In this document: piece after piece, positions 9,642-17,054 of the stretch
How positions within the stretch are numbered: position 1 is the stretch's first letter
How the letters are laid out: each line of letters starts with the position of its first letter
Virus record (IMG/VR): IMGVR_UViG_3300017938_000552
Direction: 5' to 3' (one strand)
DNA length: 64,000 nt
From: an uncultured virus (IMG/VR IMGVR_UViG_3300017938_000552)
Taxonomy: Duplodnaviria > Heunggongvirae > Uroviricota > Caudoviricetes
The notes under the pieces: model-generated
Seen by the model: the letters and a program-made list of their open reading frames with translations, nothing else
The model's database searches: none
Told to the model about the DNA's origin: nothing
Translations under genes and position numbers: made by a program

Positions 9642-10352
9642 ATGGATCACAGAAGTGTAGAAACGTTCAGGCTGGATATTGGGGGCTGGAAAGGATGGGA
9701 GTGGTTTGATGCTATTTACAATAAATGTAAAAATTTGGAACAAAAGGCAATTTTAATAGGGCTTTTAAAAACAGGTTCGAGAAGTAATGAATTAAACAAA
9801 TTAACTAAACAAATGGTAGATGTGGATACCTATAAAGAAAAAGGTAAAGAAATGATTCTTATAAAGTCACAACCACTAGAGAAACAAAAAAAGGCTATAC
9901 AATTAGTTGATAAAGATGGTAAATATATGTATGATGGAATGAGAAGGCTATACAGATTTGAGCATATTGAGGGATGGAGAACTTATGCGTTCCCAAAGAA
10001 TGAAAAATACTCTAAACAATTTTTAAAATTTGTCGATCAAGTAGAAAACCCAAAAGATCAGGTATTTCCATTTACTTACAGCCAAATCTATTATAGAATT
10101 TGTACCATTGGGATGGAGTTACCAGAAGGTGTTCCTATGAAGGATTGGGCATATCATTTGGATGAAGGGTGTGGGCTGTTCCCGCATGAATTACGAAGTA
10201 TTCGTGCCTGTCAACTTTTGAGGGATTATGAGTATAACAACCAGAAATTACGTAAGTTCTTTGGATGGGCAGAAGATAGCCCAATGCCTGATCACTACAT
10301 GGAACTAACAGCAGATGACTTGATACCATCACCTGAACGTATGCCTAAGTGA
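9642..10352 (+). CDS. Tyrosine recombinase/integrase (catalytic domain only)
   Basis: LKTGSRSNEL (R), PHELRSIR (HxxR), GWAEDSPMPDHY (W, catalytic Y). Confidence 0.88.
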   Translation: MDHRSVETFRLDIGGWKGWEWFDAIYNKCKNLEQKAILIGLLKTGSRSNELNKLTKQMVDVDTYKEKGKEMILIKSQPLEKQKKAIQLVDKDGKYMYDGMRRLYRFEHIEGWRTYAFPKNEKYSKQFLKFVDQVENPKDQVFPFTYSQIYYRICTIGMELPEGVPMKDWAYHLDEGCGLFPHELRSIRACQLLRDYEYNNQKLRKFFGWAEDSPMPDHYMELTADDLIPSPERMPK

Positions 10353-10420
10353 TGAGGTTGAAATCTTTCATATAAAAAAAGATATAGTAAGACTTATATA
10401 GTAGTTTTACACTCTGTAGG

Positions 10421-11389
10421 GTGATTGAAATTATGAAGAAAGGAGAGAAGATGTCTGATGAGCAGAAATTAAAAATGAGTGAAACACGTAAACGTAGAGG
10501 TGTTGCATCTGGTGAGAAAAACCCAATGTATGGTAGGTCTGGGATATTAAGCCCTGTGTATGGTAAGTCGCAAACACCAGAGCATAAGAAAAAAATAGGT
10601 GACGCACAAAAAGGTGAAAAAAACCATATGTTTGATAAAAAAGGGACGTTAAATCCTAACTATGGTAAACACCCATCAGAAGCTACAAGAAAAAAACAAA
10701 GTGAAGGAGGAAGGGGCAAACATAGTGGTAAGAATAACCCTATGTGGGGTAAAAAACGCACACCAGAGTGGTGTATACAACACAGTAAGGATATGAAAGG
10801 TAGATTTTCTGGTGAGAAAAATCCATTTTATGGCAAGAAACACACACCAGAGACTATAAAATATTTAAGTGACATTACATCTGGTGAGAACCATCCCCAA
10901 TATGGTAAACATAGATTACCAAATACTGTAAAAAAAATAAGTGAAAAAAATAAAGGCAGACCCTCTCCAATGAAAGGAAATACCTCCCCCATGTTCGGTA
11001 AACATCACACACCAGAGTCAATAATAAAAATGAGTAAATCCCAACAATTACGAACCGACCACAACAAAGGTGGAAATACACCACACACAGTCACCATAGC
11101 CCTCATTAGTAGCCAACTTGAAAGGCTTGGTTGGAAAGTACAAAGCTGGTCTACCACAGGTGAGAGATTTGTTATAATAAACGGACACAGATACTCACCA
11201 GACATCTATGCTACAAGAGGTAATGAAATACTGATAATTGAGGTTGGGGGTTGTGATAATCCAGAAAAACTACCTGATCTTATGACCAAATACGCCATTG
11301 TATTACAAGTACCCAAAATGTCGGTGGAACTCAGACCTATTGATCTTAAAGATTTAGTTAATTGGCAACACTTCAGCCACAACTTTTAA
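10421..11389 (+). CDS. NUMOD3-repeat protein with C-terminal PD-(D/E)xK-like nuclease (homing-endonuclease-like)
   Basis: Many GEKNPMYG/GKKHTPET-type repeats; C-terminal YSPDIYA...IIEVGG. Confidence 0.8.
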   Translation: MIEIMKKGEKMSDEQKLKMSETRKRRGVASGEKNPMYGRSGILSPVYGKSQTPEHKKKIGDAQKGEKNHMFDKKGTLNPNYGKHPSEATRKKQSEGGRGKHSGKNNPMWGKKRTPEWCIQHSKDMKGRFSGEKNPFYGKKHTPETIKYLSDITSGENHPQYGKHRLPNTVKKISEKNKGRPSPMKGNTSPMFGKHHTPESIIKMSKSQQLRTDHNKGGNTPHTVTIALISSQLERLGWKVQSWSTTGERFVIINGHRYSPDIYATRGNEILIIEVGGCDNPEKLPDLMTKYAIVLQVPKMSVELRPIDLKDLVNWQHFSHNF

Positions 11390-11509
11390 TCACTCCCAAT
11401 TCATATAATAGAAAAAGCATTTTCAAGATATATTTAATATTTCTAGTATCAAAAAACTACTTGTGATAGATCGAAAGATATATAAACATTTCTAAAGTAC
11501 ATAATACCA

Positions 11510-11998
11510 ATGAACAAGAATACCTTAGATGTAATGTTCTCAAAGAAGTCCGATAACTGGGAAACCCCCCAAGATTTCTATGATGGACTGAACAAAGAAT
11601 ACCATTTTACCCTAGACCCATGTGCCATAAAAGAGAACGCAAAATGCCCAAAATTCTACACAATCGAAGATGATGGTCTAATTCAGAATTGGAAAGATGA
11701 AATAGTATTCGTAAATCCACCTTATGGAGATATATCGAGTTGGGTAAGTAAGTGTTATTATGAATATACTCTTTATAATGCAACTGTTATCCTGTTAATT
11801 CCTGCTAGAACAGATACAAAATATTTTCAAGAATATTGTCTGAGATGTACAAGCCTTGGGTTTGTTGAGGGTAGACTGACATTTGGAAATTGTGAATCAC
11901 CAGCACCATTTCCATCGGTTATTGTGGTGTTTGATCCAAAGGAAAAAGATAAAACACAAAAACTATTTCGGATAAACCGACGGGGCATCCGAATTTAG
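11510..11998 (+). CDS. Phage-type DNA N6-adenine methyltransferase (Dam_phage family)
   Basis: WETPQ, FTLDPCA, FVNPPY, LIPARTDT, APFPS motifs. Confidence 0.92.
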   Translation: MNKNTLDVMFSKKSDNWETPQDFYDGLNKEYHFTLDPCAIKENAKCPKFYTIEDDGLIQNWKDEIVFVNPPYGDISSWVSKCYYEYTLYNATVILLIPARTDTKYFQEYCLRCTSLGFVEGRLTFGNCESPAPFPSVIVVFDPKEKDKTQKLFRINRRGIRI

Positions 11999-12009
11999 AA
12001 AATTATATA

Positions 12010-12047
12010 CCAGATGTTTATGAATATTCCAGATGTTTATGAGTATT
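12010..12047 (+). repeat. 19-bp tandem direct repeat x2
   Basis: CCAGATGTTTATGAATATT / CCAGATGTTTATGAGTATT, between convergent genes. Confidence 0.8.
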
Positions 12048-12093
12048 CCACGTTTCGAGTAATTTAAAGTTATATTTTAATTATCATAAGCCT

Positions 12094-12240
12094 TTATTTT
12101 GAATGTAGTTTATGAAAATCGTCTAGCTTTAAATCCACCTCATAAATTTGTATGTCCAGCTTCTTGGCAATCTCAGCCGCAGAGAAACCTTCATCATGTA
12201 GCCTCAAAACATCGGCTTCTTTATCCTTTGTCCATATCAT
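12094..12240 (-). CDS. Small helix-turn-helix protein (48 aa)
   Basis: Read by hand: MIWTKDKEADVLRLHDEGFSAAEIAKKLDI... Confidence 0.7.
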   Translation of the reverse strand: MIWTKDKEADVLRLHDEGFSAAEIAKKLDIQIYEVDLKLDDFHKLHSK

Positions 12241-12259
12241 TTTAAAACACACCACTGAC

Positions 12260-12568
12260 TTACTTTACTCTTTCCAACCAACGACACTTGGGGCACTTGA
12301 AATAGTTGTTTGTGTATCGGTATCCTTTGACAGATTTATACACCATGTTTGCCCCACACTTTGGGCAGACCTTTTTTGGTGATAGTTGTTTCTTTGGTCT
12401 GTACTTTTCTCGTTGCTTGATTCTATATTCATCATCCACACCATCTGGATTGGTAATCTTTTGCGGGTATCTCTCACAACCATGCTTTAACTTCTTGTCA
12501 TAGTTGTCATAACATTCACCGCATGGTATTCCACAACGACTATAACCCATAACCTTTTTACTTACCAT
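12260..12568 (-). CDS. Cys-rich Zn-ribbon protein
   Basis: CGIPCGEC, CPKCG...CPKC; start moved to MVSKK. Confidence 0.7.
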   Translation of the reverse strand: MVSKKVMGYSRCGIPCGECYDNYDKKLKHGCERYPQKITNPDGVDDEYRIKQREKYRPKKQLSPKKVCPKCGANMVYKSVKGYRYTNNYFKCPKCRWLERVK

Positions 12569-12728
12569 AGTGTGCCCTTCCTTGTATATAATCTTCAATA
12601 TGCTCTGGATGCTTTGCTACTATATGTCTTCCATATCTGGTTTCTCCCTGTAAGACATCTATGCAATATTTACACTGGATAGGTTTGCTTCCCTTTCCCT
12701 TAACATACTTTCGACCAGTTCTGCCCAT
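12558..12728 (-). CDS. C2H2 zinc-finger protein (56 aa)
   Basis: Read by hand: MGRTGRKYVKGKGSKPIQCKYCIDVLQGETRYGRHIVAKHPEH; same spacing and HPE ending as 4013..4171. Confidence 0.7.
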   Translation of the reverse strand: MGRTGRKYVKGKGSKPIQCKYCIDVLQGETRYGRHIVAKHPEHIEDYIQGRAHYGK

Positions 12729-12771
12729 ACATTATCCAATAAAGTATATGTCAGGTTACTTATAAACTTTT

Positions 12772-13029
12772 CTAGTTCTCATCGGAACTGAATTTACTTG
12801 CACACTCGTCACACATGCCCTGTTTGATATAATAATCCATAAATGGCATTTTTTTGTGACACTCAGAACAGCGTTTGTCTGGAAGTTTAAAATATGAAAG
12901 CATCTCAATGACTGGTTGATACCAGAATTGACCAACATTCACATCGACTTCACCAAGAGCATCCATTAATGACTCACAGGCATGAACATCATGCAGACTT
13001 GGTTTAAATTTTATTTTACGATCCACCAA
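12772..13029 (-). CDS. Zn-finger protein
   Basis: CSEC...CDEC; own TATA box at ~13061-13070. Confidence 0.65.
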   Translation of the reverse strand: MVDRKIKFKPSLHDVHACESLMDALGEVDVNVGQFWYQPVIEMLSYFKLPDKRCSECHKKMPFMDYYIKQGMCDECASKFSSDEN

Positions 13030-13061
13030 TATCTCTCAAAATACACAGCTATCTGTGTTGC

Positions 13062-13340
13062 TTATAAGCCTTTTGTTTTTCGGCTGAGAAATTCCCAACC
13101 ATCCATATTTTTGTCAATCAGGTTAAGCCAACGACCATCGACCCTTGACCAACCAGTACCATAACCAACCTGTATTGTGATGAATGGTTTTCTACCTTTT
13201 ATGATATTATACCTTGCTTCAACACGTGTATGCTTGGGTATGTCTTTGAACTTTTTTAATGTGAGGGCAGTGCCTAGATTTTCATATGTTACCTTTACAA
13301 GTTTGTGATTCTTATAAAAAGAATACTCAGGCATCTTCAA
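13062..13340 (-). CDS. Basic hypothetical protein, last gene of basic operon
   Basis: 92-aa Lys/Arg-rich ORF abutting eS30. Confidence 0.65.
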   Translation of the reverse strand: MKMPEYSFYKNHKLVKVTYENLGTALTLKKFKDIPKHTRVEARYNIIKGRKPFITIQVGYGTGWSRVDGRWLNLIDKNMDGWEFLSRKTKGL

Positions 13341-13580
13341 TCACATTTTATATTCTGTTCTAGTATTTGTATCTTTCGGCTTGTGTGTGAACCTGAAATA
13401 CTTTTCCCTGTTTTTCTTCAACGGACCAGAGTGTTTCTTGAGGTTGGACTTGGCTATTTTCGGTGTTTGATCTCTGACTTTCCCCGCCTTGGTAATTGAA
13501 CCGTGCGTTCCCCGACCACCCTTCTTACCAGAAGATTGCTGTGCCTTTTCTAGCTTTTTATTTAATTTGGTTTCGGACAT
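13341..13580 (-). CDS. rps30e: Ribosomal protein eS30 (S30e) homologue with ~24-aa N-terminal extension
   Basis: THGSITKAGKVRDQTPKI...KKNREKY matches the eS30 signature HGSL[TA]xAGKVRxQTPK[IV]...RNRxxY. Confidence 0.92.
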   Translation of the reverse strand: MSETKLNKKLEKAQQSSGKKGGRGTHGSITKAGKVRDQTPKIAKSNLKKHSGPLKKNREKYFRFTHKPKDTNTRTEYKM

Positions 13581-13768
13581 TACCTCTTACCCCTACCATG
13601 TCCTGTTGGTTCATAACAATCCCCAACCCATTTAACATAATGTATTCCACCATCTTTAGATTCAATCCATATATTACCATTATAAGGGTCTTGATAAACT
13701 GTTCGTTTTATCATTTTACCATTAAAAAAAATATTCTTTTTACCTATTTTTCTTATTTTTTCTATCAT
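13580..13768 (-). CDS. Small basic hypothetical protein
   Basis: 62 aa; TAATG overlap with eS30. Confidence 0.7.
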   Translation of the reverse strand: MIEKIRKIGKKNIFFNGKMIKRTVYQDPYNGNIWIESKDGGIHYVKWVGDCYEPTGHGRGKR

Positions 13769-13966
13769 TTATTTTCCCGTCCTCAGCCACTTATTGTAGT
13801 TTTTGGTTTCCTTGTAGTAAACACCATACCCTTTCTTGGTACGCTTTACCTTTATACCAACATAGGTCTTATGTTTCATAACACCATGCTTGGTTTTTCT
13901 TAGACTCTTTGCATGTTCATCGGCTTCTTTTTTGGTTTCCCAAACATACGCTAATTTATATGACAT
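13769..13966 (-). CDS. Basic microprotein, repeated family member
   Basis: MSYKLAYVWETKKEADEHAKSLRK...KKGYGVYYK; start moved to 13966 (GAGGTGA RBS). Confidence 0.7.
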   Translation of the reverse strand: MSYKLAYVWETKKEADEHAKSLRKTKHGVMKHKTYVGIKVKRTKKGYGVYYKETKNYNKWLRTGK

Positions 13967-13970
13967 TTTT

Positions 13971-14243
13971 TCACCTCTTTTCCCATTCTGCTTTTCCAGT
14001 TTTCTGGTTATATACCTTGGTTGGTCTGTGCCTGTACAATACATAAACCTTGATTCCCTTCTCCTTTGTTGGGAAGGTTTTTACTATGGTTTTGTGCCCA
14101 CGTTTTCTATCAGACTCTGCCCATTCTAGAGCATGTGGTCTGTATGTGCTATGAGATGACATAACCTCATAACGTTTACCTCTGTAGATAATATATTCTG
14201 GAATTTCGAGTTTCATACCGCGTGCAATAATTGTGTGTGTCAT
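13971..14243 (-). CDS. Basic microprotein, repeated family member
   Basis: YRGKRYEV...ALEWAESDRKRGHKTIV...VYVLYRHR. Confidence 0.75.
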   Translation of the reverse strand: MTHTIIARGMKLEIPEYIIYRGKRYEVMSSHSTYRPHALEWAESDRKRGHKTIVKTFPTKEKGIKVYVLYRHRPTKVYNQKTGKAEWEKR

Positions 14244-14359
14244 TTACTTTTTACCACTTTTTTCTTACTCTTTCGTTTTCTGGTTTTTTTCTTCTTAGGA
14301 AATGCCATCCTAAACCCTTTTTTAGCAGAATCTCCAAATGCTTTGAATATCTCTGCCAT
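14240..14359 (-). CDS. 39-aa protamine-like peptide
   Basis: Read by hand: MAEIFKAFGDSAKKGFRMAFPKKKKTRKRKSKKKVVKSK; fills the gap exactly, ATGA overlap. Confidence 0.7.
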   Translation of the reverse strand: MAEIFKAFGDSAKKGFRMAFPKKKKTRKRKSKKKVVKSK

Positions 14360-14360
14360 T

Positions 14361-14540
14361 TTACTTTTCTCTCCAATAAACTACGTATTTATGATCTTCA
14401 ACCACAATACGTGCTAAATCTCCATAATCATGCAAATGTTTTACGCTTTTCTCTGCAAGTTTCCTTGTAGGATATGCTTCATGGAACTTATAAGGCTTTC
14501 CATTAAAATCCTTATATGGAAATTTAGACTCTAGTTTCAT
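14361..14540 (-). CDS. Basic microprotein, repeated family member (59 aa)
   Basis: Read by hand: MKLESKFPYKDFNGKPYKFHEAYPTRKLAEKSVKHLHDYGDLARIVVEDHKYVVYWREK. Confidence 0.75.
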   Translation of the reverse strand: MKLESKFPYKDFNGKPYKFHEAYPTRKLAEKSVKHLHDYGDLARIVVEDHKYVVYWREK

Positions 14541-14541
14541 T

Positions 14542-15054
14542 TTACTTTTTTTCCCTTAAGTTTACTTTCCAAACCTTTACCTTCACAGTCTTTGTTTTAG
14601 CAAGACCAGCACCCATGAAACCATGTGGGAAATATTGGAAAGTCTGATTCTTCCATCCTGCTGGTTTCATTCTTGAGGCTTTTATATAGAAGGCGGGTCC
14701 ACCTGAAGATTGAACAAACCCCCTGTCCCACCAAGGTGCAGGAGATGGGTTGAATGTTACCATGTACTCTGATTTACTTTTACCAATTGCTCCCTCTATA
14801 ACGCCATATGAAGTTGATCTAACAAGCATATCCTGAGAATTGATTGGCTTAACTACATCTCCGGGCATTGGTTTACTTCCACCAATACGCTTTGTCTTTT
14901 TAGAGTCTAAGTATAGTGGGTTTTTCTCCATTTTTTTATAGCTACCCATACGTATACCAAAGCTACCTCTGGTGTGTGGGCTTATCTTTTTCCCACTCTT
15001 TGTCTTATAACCGCTTACAATGTGTCTAAGTGGTGGACTTCTTTTTGTTACCAT
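14542..15054 (-). CDS. Basic protein with HxVxGYxxxxG N-terminal motif
   Basis: RHIVSGYKTKSGKKISPHTRGS, similar to 3587..3892. Confidence 0.75.
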   Translation of the reverse strand: MVTKRSPPLRHIVSGYKTKSGKKISPHTRGSFGIRMGSYKKMEKNPLYLDSKKTKRIGGSKPMPGDVVKPINSQDMLVRSTSYGVIEGAIGKSKSEYMVTFNPSPAPWWDRGFVQSSGGPAFYIKASRMKPAGWKNQTFQYFPHGFMGAGLAKTKTVKVKVWKVNLREKK

Positions 15055-15072
15055 TTTTGTCTTTTCCTCACC

Positions 15073-15276
15073 CTACTTTTTTCTTCTGTTTTTGGAAATG
15101 TATGACTTTTTACCTTCTTGTGCAAGTAGTGTTTTCCAAATATAGTTAGCTTTCCGAGCCTGTGCTGGTTTCAAACGATGTCCAAACAGAATACCATACA
15201 AACCTTCACTTCCTAGATAGTATCTATAATCAGCATCTATAGAAATACCTTTTCTACGAATATACTTTGTTACCAT
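15073..15276 (-). CDS. Basic microprotein
   Basis: MVTKYIRRKG...SKNRRKK; start moved to 15276. Confidence 0.7.
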   Translation of the reverse strand: MVTKYIRRKGISIDADYRYYLGSEGLYGILFGHRLKPAQARKANYIWKTLLAQEGKKSYISKNRRKK

Positions 15277-15278
15277 TT

Positions 15279-15653
15279 TTAGTCTTTTCCTCTCTTCCTT
15301 CTCCAAACACCATATCCGTGTGGATGTTTTATCAGCTTGTAGTTACCCCTTCCATAAATGTCCTTACCCATCTTGACAGCTTGCGTTTTTAGGGGTGCTG
15401 AACCAGCCATCTCAAATCGTGTACCCTTGAGGATACGATCTGTAGTTGAGTGATGAATGTAGATAGCATATACTGTTTCTCTAGCATATGGAATCTTCTT
15501 AATGTAAATCATAGACTCTTTGAAAAGTTTGCGATCTTTACCTATTCTCTTTGCATCTGACATGGACTTTGCGTTCCATTCATGCCTGTAAATTAACCCG
15601 TTATGGGTTACTTCTTTGGGAATCTTCCCACCAGTTTGATATATAAATACCAT
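15279..15653 (-). CDS. Basic protein with two copies of the repeated family domain
   Basis: HNGLIYRH...AKRIGK...VYAIYIH and LKGTRFE...AVKMGK...GYGVWRR; start moved to MVFIY. Confidence 0.7.
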   Translation of the reverse strand: MVFIYQTGGKIPKEVTHNGLIYRHEWNAKSMSDAKRIGKDRKLFKESMIYIKKIPYARETVYAIYIHHSTTDRILKGTRFEMAGSAPLKTQAVKMGKDIYGRGNYKLIKHPHGYGVWRRKRGKD

Positions 15654-15654
15654 T

Positions 15655-15741
15655 TTACTTAGACATCCTCTGCTTTTTTCTTCTTCTAGCTTTCTTTGCC
15701 CTACTTTTGTCACCCTTCCGTGACATTCCTCTATTTTTCAT
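15655..15741 (-). CDS. 28-aa Arg/Lys peptide (eL41-like in size and composition)
   Basis: Read by hand: MKNRGMSRKGDKSRAKKARRRKKQRMSK; tiles exactly between its neighbours. Confidence 0.6.
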   Translation of the reverse strand: MKNRGMSRKGDKSRAKKARRRKKQRMSK

Positions 15742-15743
15742 TA

Positions 15744-15908
15744 TTACTTCTTTCTCCTTGTTTTTTTAACCTTCTTTTTTACTGATTTTATTTTGGGAAT
15801 TGGTATGGGTTTGTTTTTTATGGTAGTTACCTGTAAAACAGGTGATTGTTTTGGCACAAACAACTTATTTAAAGTTGTTGGTTGTGTTGCTAACATACCT
15901 TTTGGCAT
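15744..15908 (-). CDS. 54-aa peptide with poly-basic tail
   Basis: Read by hand: MPKGMLATQPTTLNKLFVPKQ...KSVKKKVKKTRRKK. Confidence 0.7.
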   Translation of the reverse strand: MPKGMLATQPTTLNKLFVPKQSPVLQVTTIKNKPIPIPKIKSVKKKVKKTRRKK

Positions 15909-15910
15909 TT

Positions 15911-16102
15911 TTACTTTTTCCTCCTATATACATCAAATACAGACTTACCATCATCAGTCTTGCGTTCAGCAACGATAGCTTGATATTTTCCAGATTCCAT
16001 AATTTCTATTACCCTAAGTGCTGAGTTTTGTTTTTTTCTGAAAGTGGAATCATATCTGTAGAATTTACGTCTATATGTGGCTGTTAATGGATGATCTTGC
16101 AT
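15911..16102 (-). CDS. Basic microprotein, repeated family member, first gene of operon
   Basis: YRRKFYRY...ALRVIEIMESGKYQAIV...VFDVYRRKK; GAGGGTGA RBS. Confidence 0.75.
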   Translation of the reverse strand: MQDHPLTATYRRKFYRYDSTFRKKQNSALRVIEIMESGKYQAIVAERKTDDGKSVFDVYRRKK

Positions 16103-16174
16103 TTACTTTTTCACCCTCACGTAAATTACATAACGCTTTCCCAATTTAATCAATATAGTATTGTGTTCAGTAGT

Positions 16175-16192
16175 ATTTAAATGTTATGATAT
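16175..16192 (-). promoter_or_regulatory. Class II promoter (ATATCATAACATTTAAAT) driving the basic operon
   Basis: Exact 18-mer also at 52070, 52413 and 52864; contains TTTAAAT TATA box. Confidence 0.8.
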
Positions 16193-16392
16193 AAAAACCA
16201 CGATGAGGTTAATGAAAAATAAGTAAGTAAGCTACAACCAGAGCTACAATAGTAAAAATAACAACCATTACACTTACAGCAATCACGATGCCTTCAATAG
16301 CACTTTTGATAATATCATCAGACATGTTGATCATATATAAAATATATGCAGTTACCTATAAAGTTTGTGGTAATTAATATAAAAAATGGATT

Positions 16393-16713
16393 TTAATCTA
16401 AAACTAGACCTAACAGAACACAGGAACCACAATGTTTCTTGGTATCGTGAGATACCTTACTCCATTTCCAGACAGTGATTTTTCTGTAATGGCTGGATGG
16501 AATTTCTGATCTAACCATCTTACCAGTCGGTACGATGTGACCATACATACTCAGGTATCTAAAGAAACCACCAATACTAAAGGTTTCATTGTCAAGATAC
16601 TGTTCAAGTCCAAGTTCCCTAAAATCATCGGATGTGATTGTAGGTTGATCCTTTGTCTTTGTGTAAAAAACCTTACCCAACAAACTATAGTTGTTTTGAA
16701 TAATCTTATTCAT
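16393..16713 (-). CDS. Putative winged-helix protein
   Basis: ITSDDFRELG...IGGFF...GHIVPTGKMVRSEIPSSHYRKITVW; own promoter at 16741-16760. Confidence 0.55.
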   Translation of the reverse strand: MNKIIQNNYSLLGKVFYTKTKDQPTITSDDFRELGLEQYLDNETFSIGGFFRYLSMYGHIVPTGKMVRSEIPSSHYRKITVWKWSKVSHDTKKHCGSCVLLGLVLD

Positions 16714-16797
16714 TGTTTATCAAACCATAATATTTAACAACATATATAAACATTTCGGTTTAGAAAAAAAAAACAAAAACTGGAAAGATTACGGCAG

Positions 16798-16950
16798 TTA
16801 TTTCTTCTTTGCTCTCCTTGTTTTCCAAGCCTTTTTAGCTGTGTTGCTTCTTGCATTGTGTCGAATTGTTTCCCAAGCCTTCTTAGCCGCATTGCTTCTT
16901 GCGATATGCTTATCTGGAAGGATTACTTTTGGTTTTCCCATATTGACCAT
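16798..16950 (-). CDS. 50-aa basic peptide with duplicated RSNxAKKAWxT motif
   Basis: Read by hand: MVNMGKPKVILPDKHIARSNAAKKAWETIRHNARSNTAKKAWKTRRAKKK; own promoter (16969-16987) and T-rich terminator. Confidence 0.75.
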   Translation of the reverse strand: MVNMGKPKVILPDKHIARSNAAKKAWETIRHNARSNTAKKAWKTRRAKKK

Positions 16951-17054
16951 ATGCGAATGTACATGTGAGTATATAAGTGTTTCGGTTGCCCATCTAATGC
17001 CAAGATTGAGAAAGACAAAGGTTTAAATACTAAACTTATATTTAACTATCGTTT

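Noticed and set aside
12558..12728. N-terminus GRKYVKGKGSKPIQCKYC resembles ribosomal eS26
   Set aside because: The rest is a C2H2 finger like 4013..4171 and the eS26 VPxDKA motif is absent
15654..15713. ORF-track N-terminal extension of 15279..15713 (likewise 13769..14044 and 22601..23479)
   Set aside because: The extensions overlap better-supported small ORFs or promoters; downstream ATGs fit the stop-start coupling
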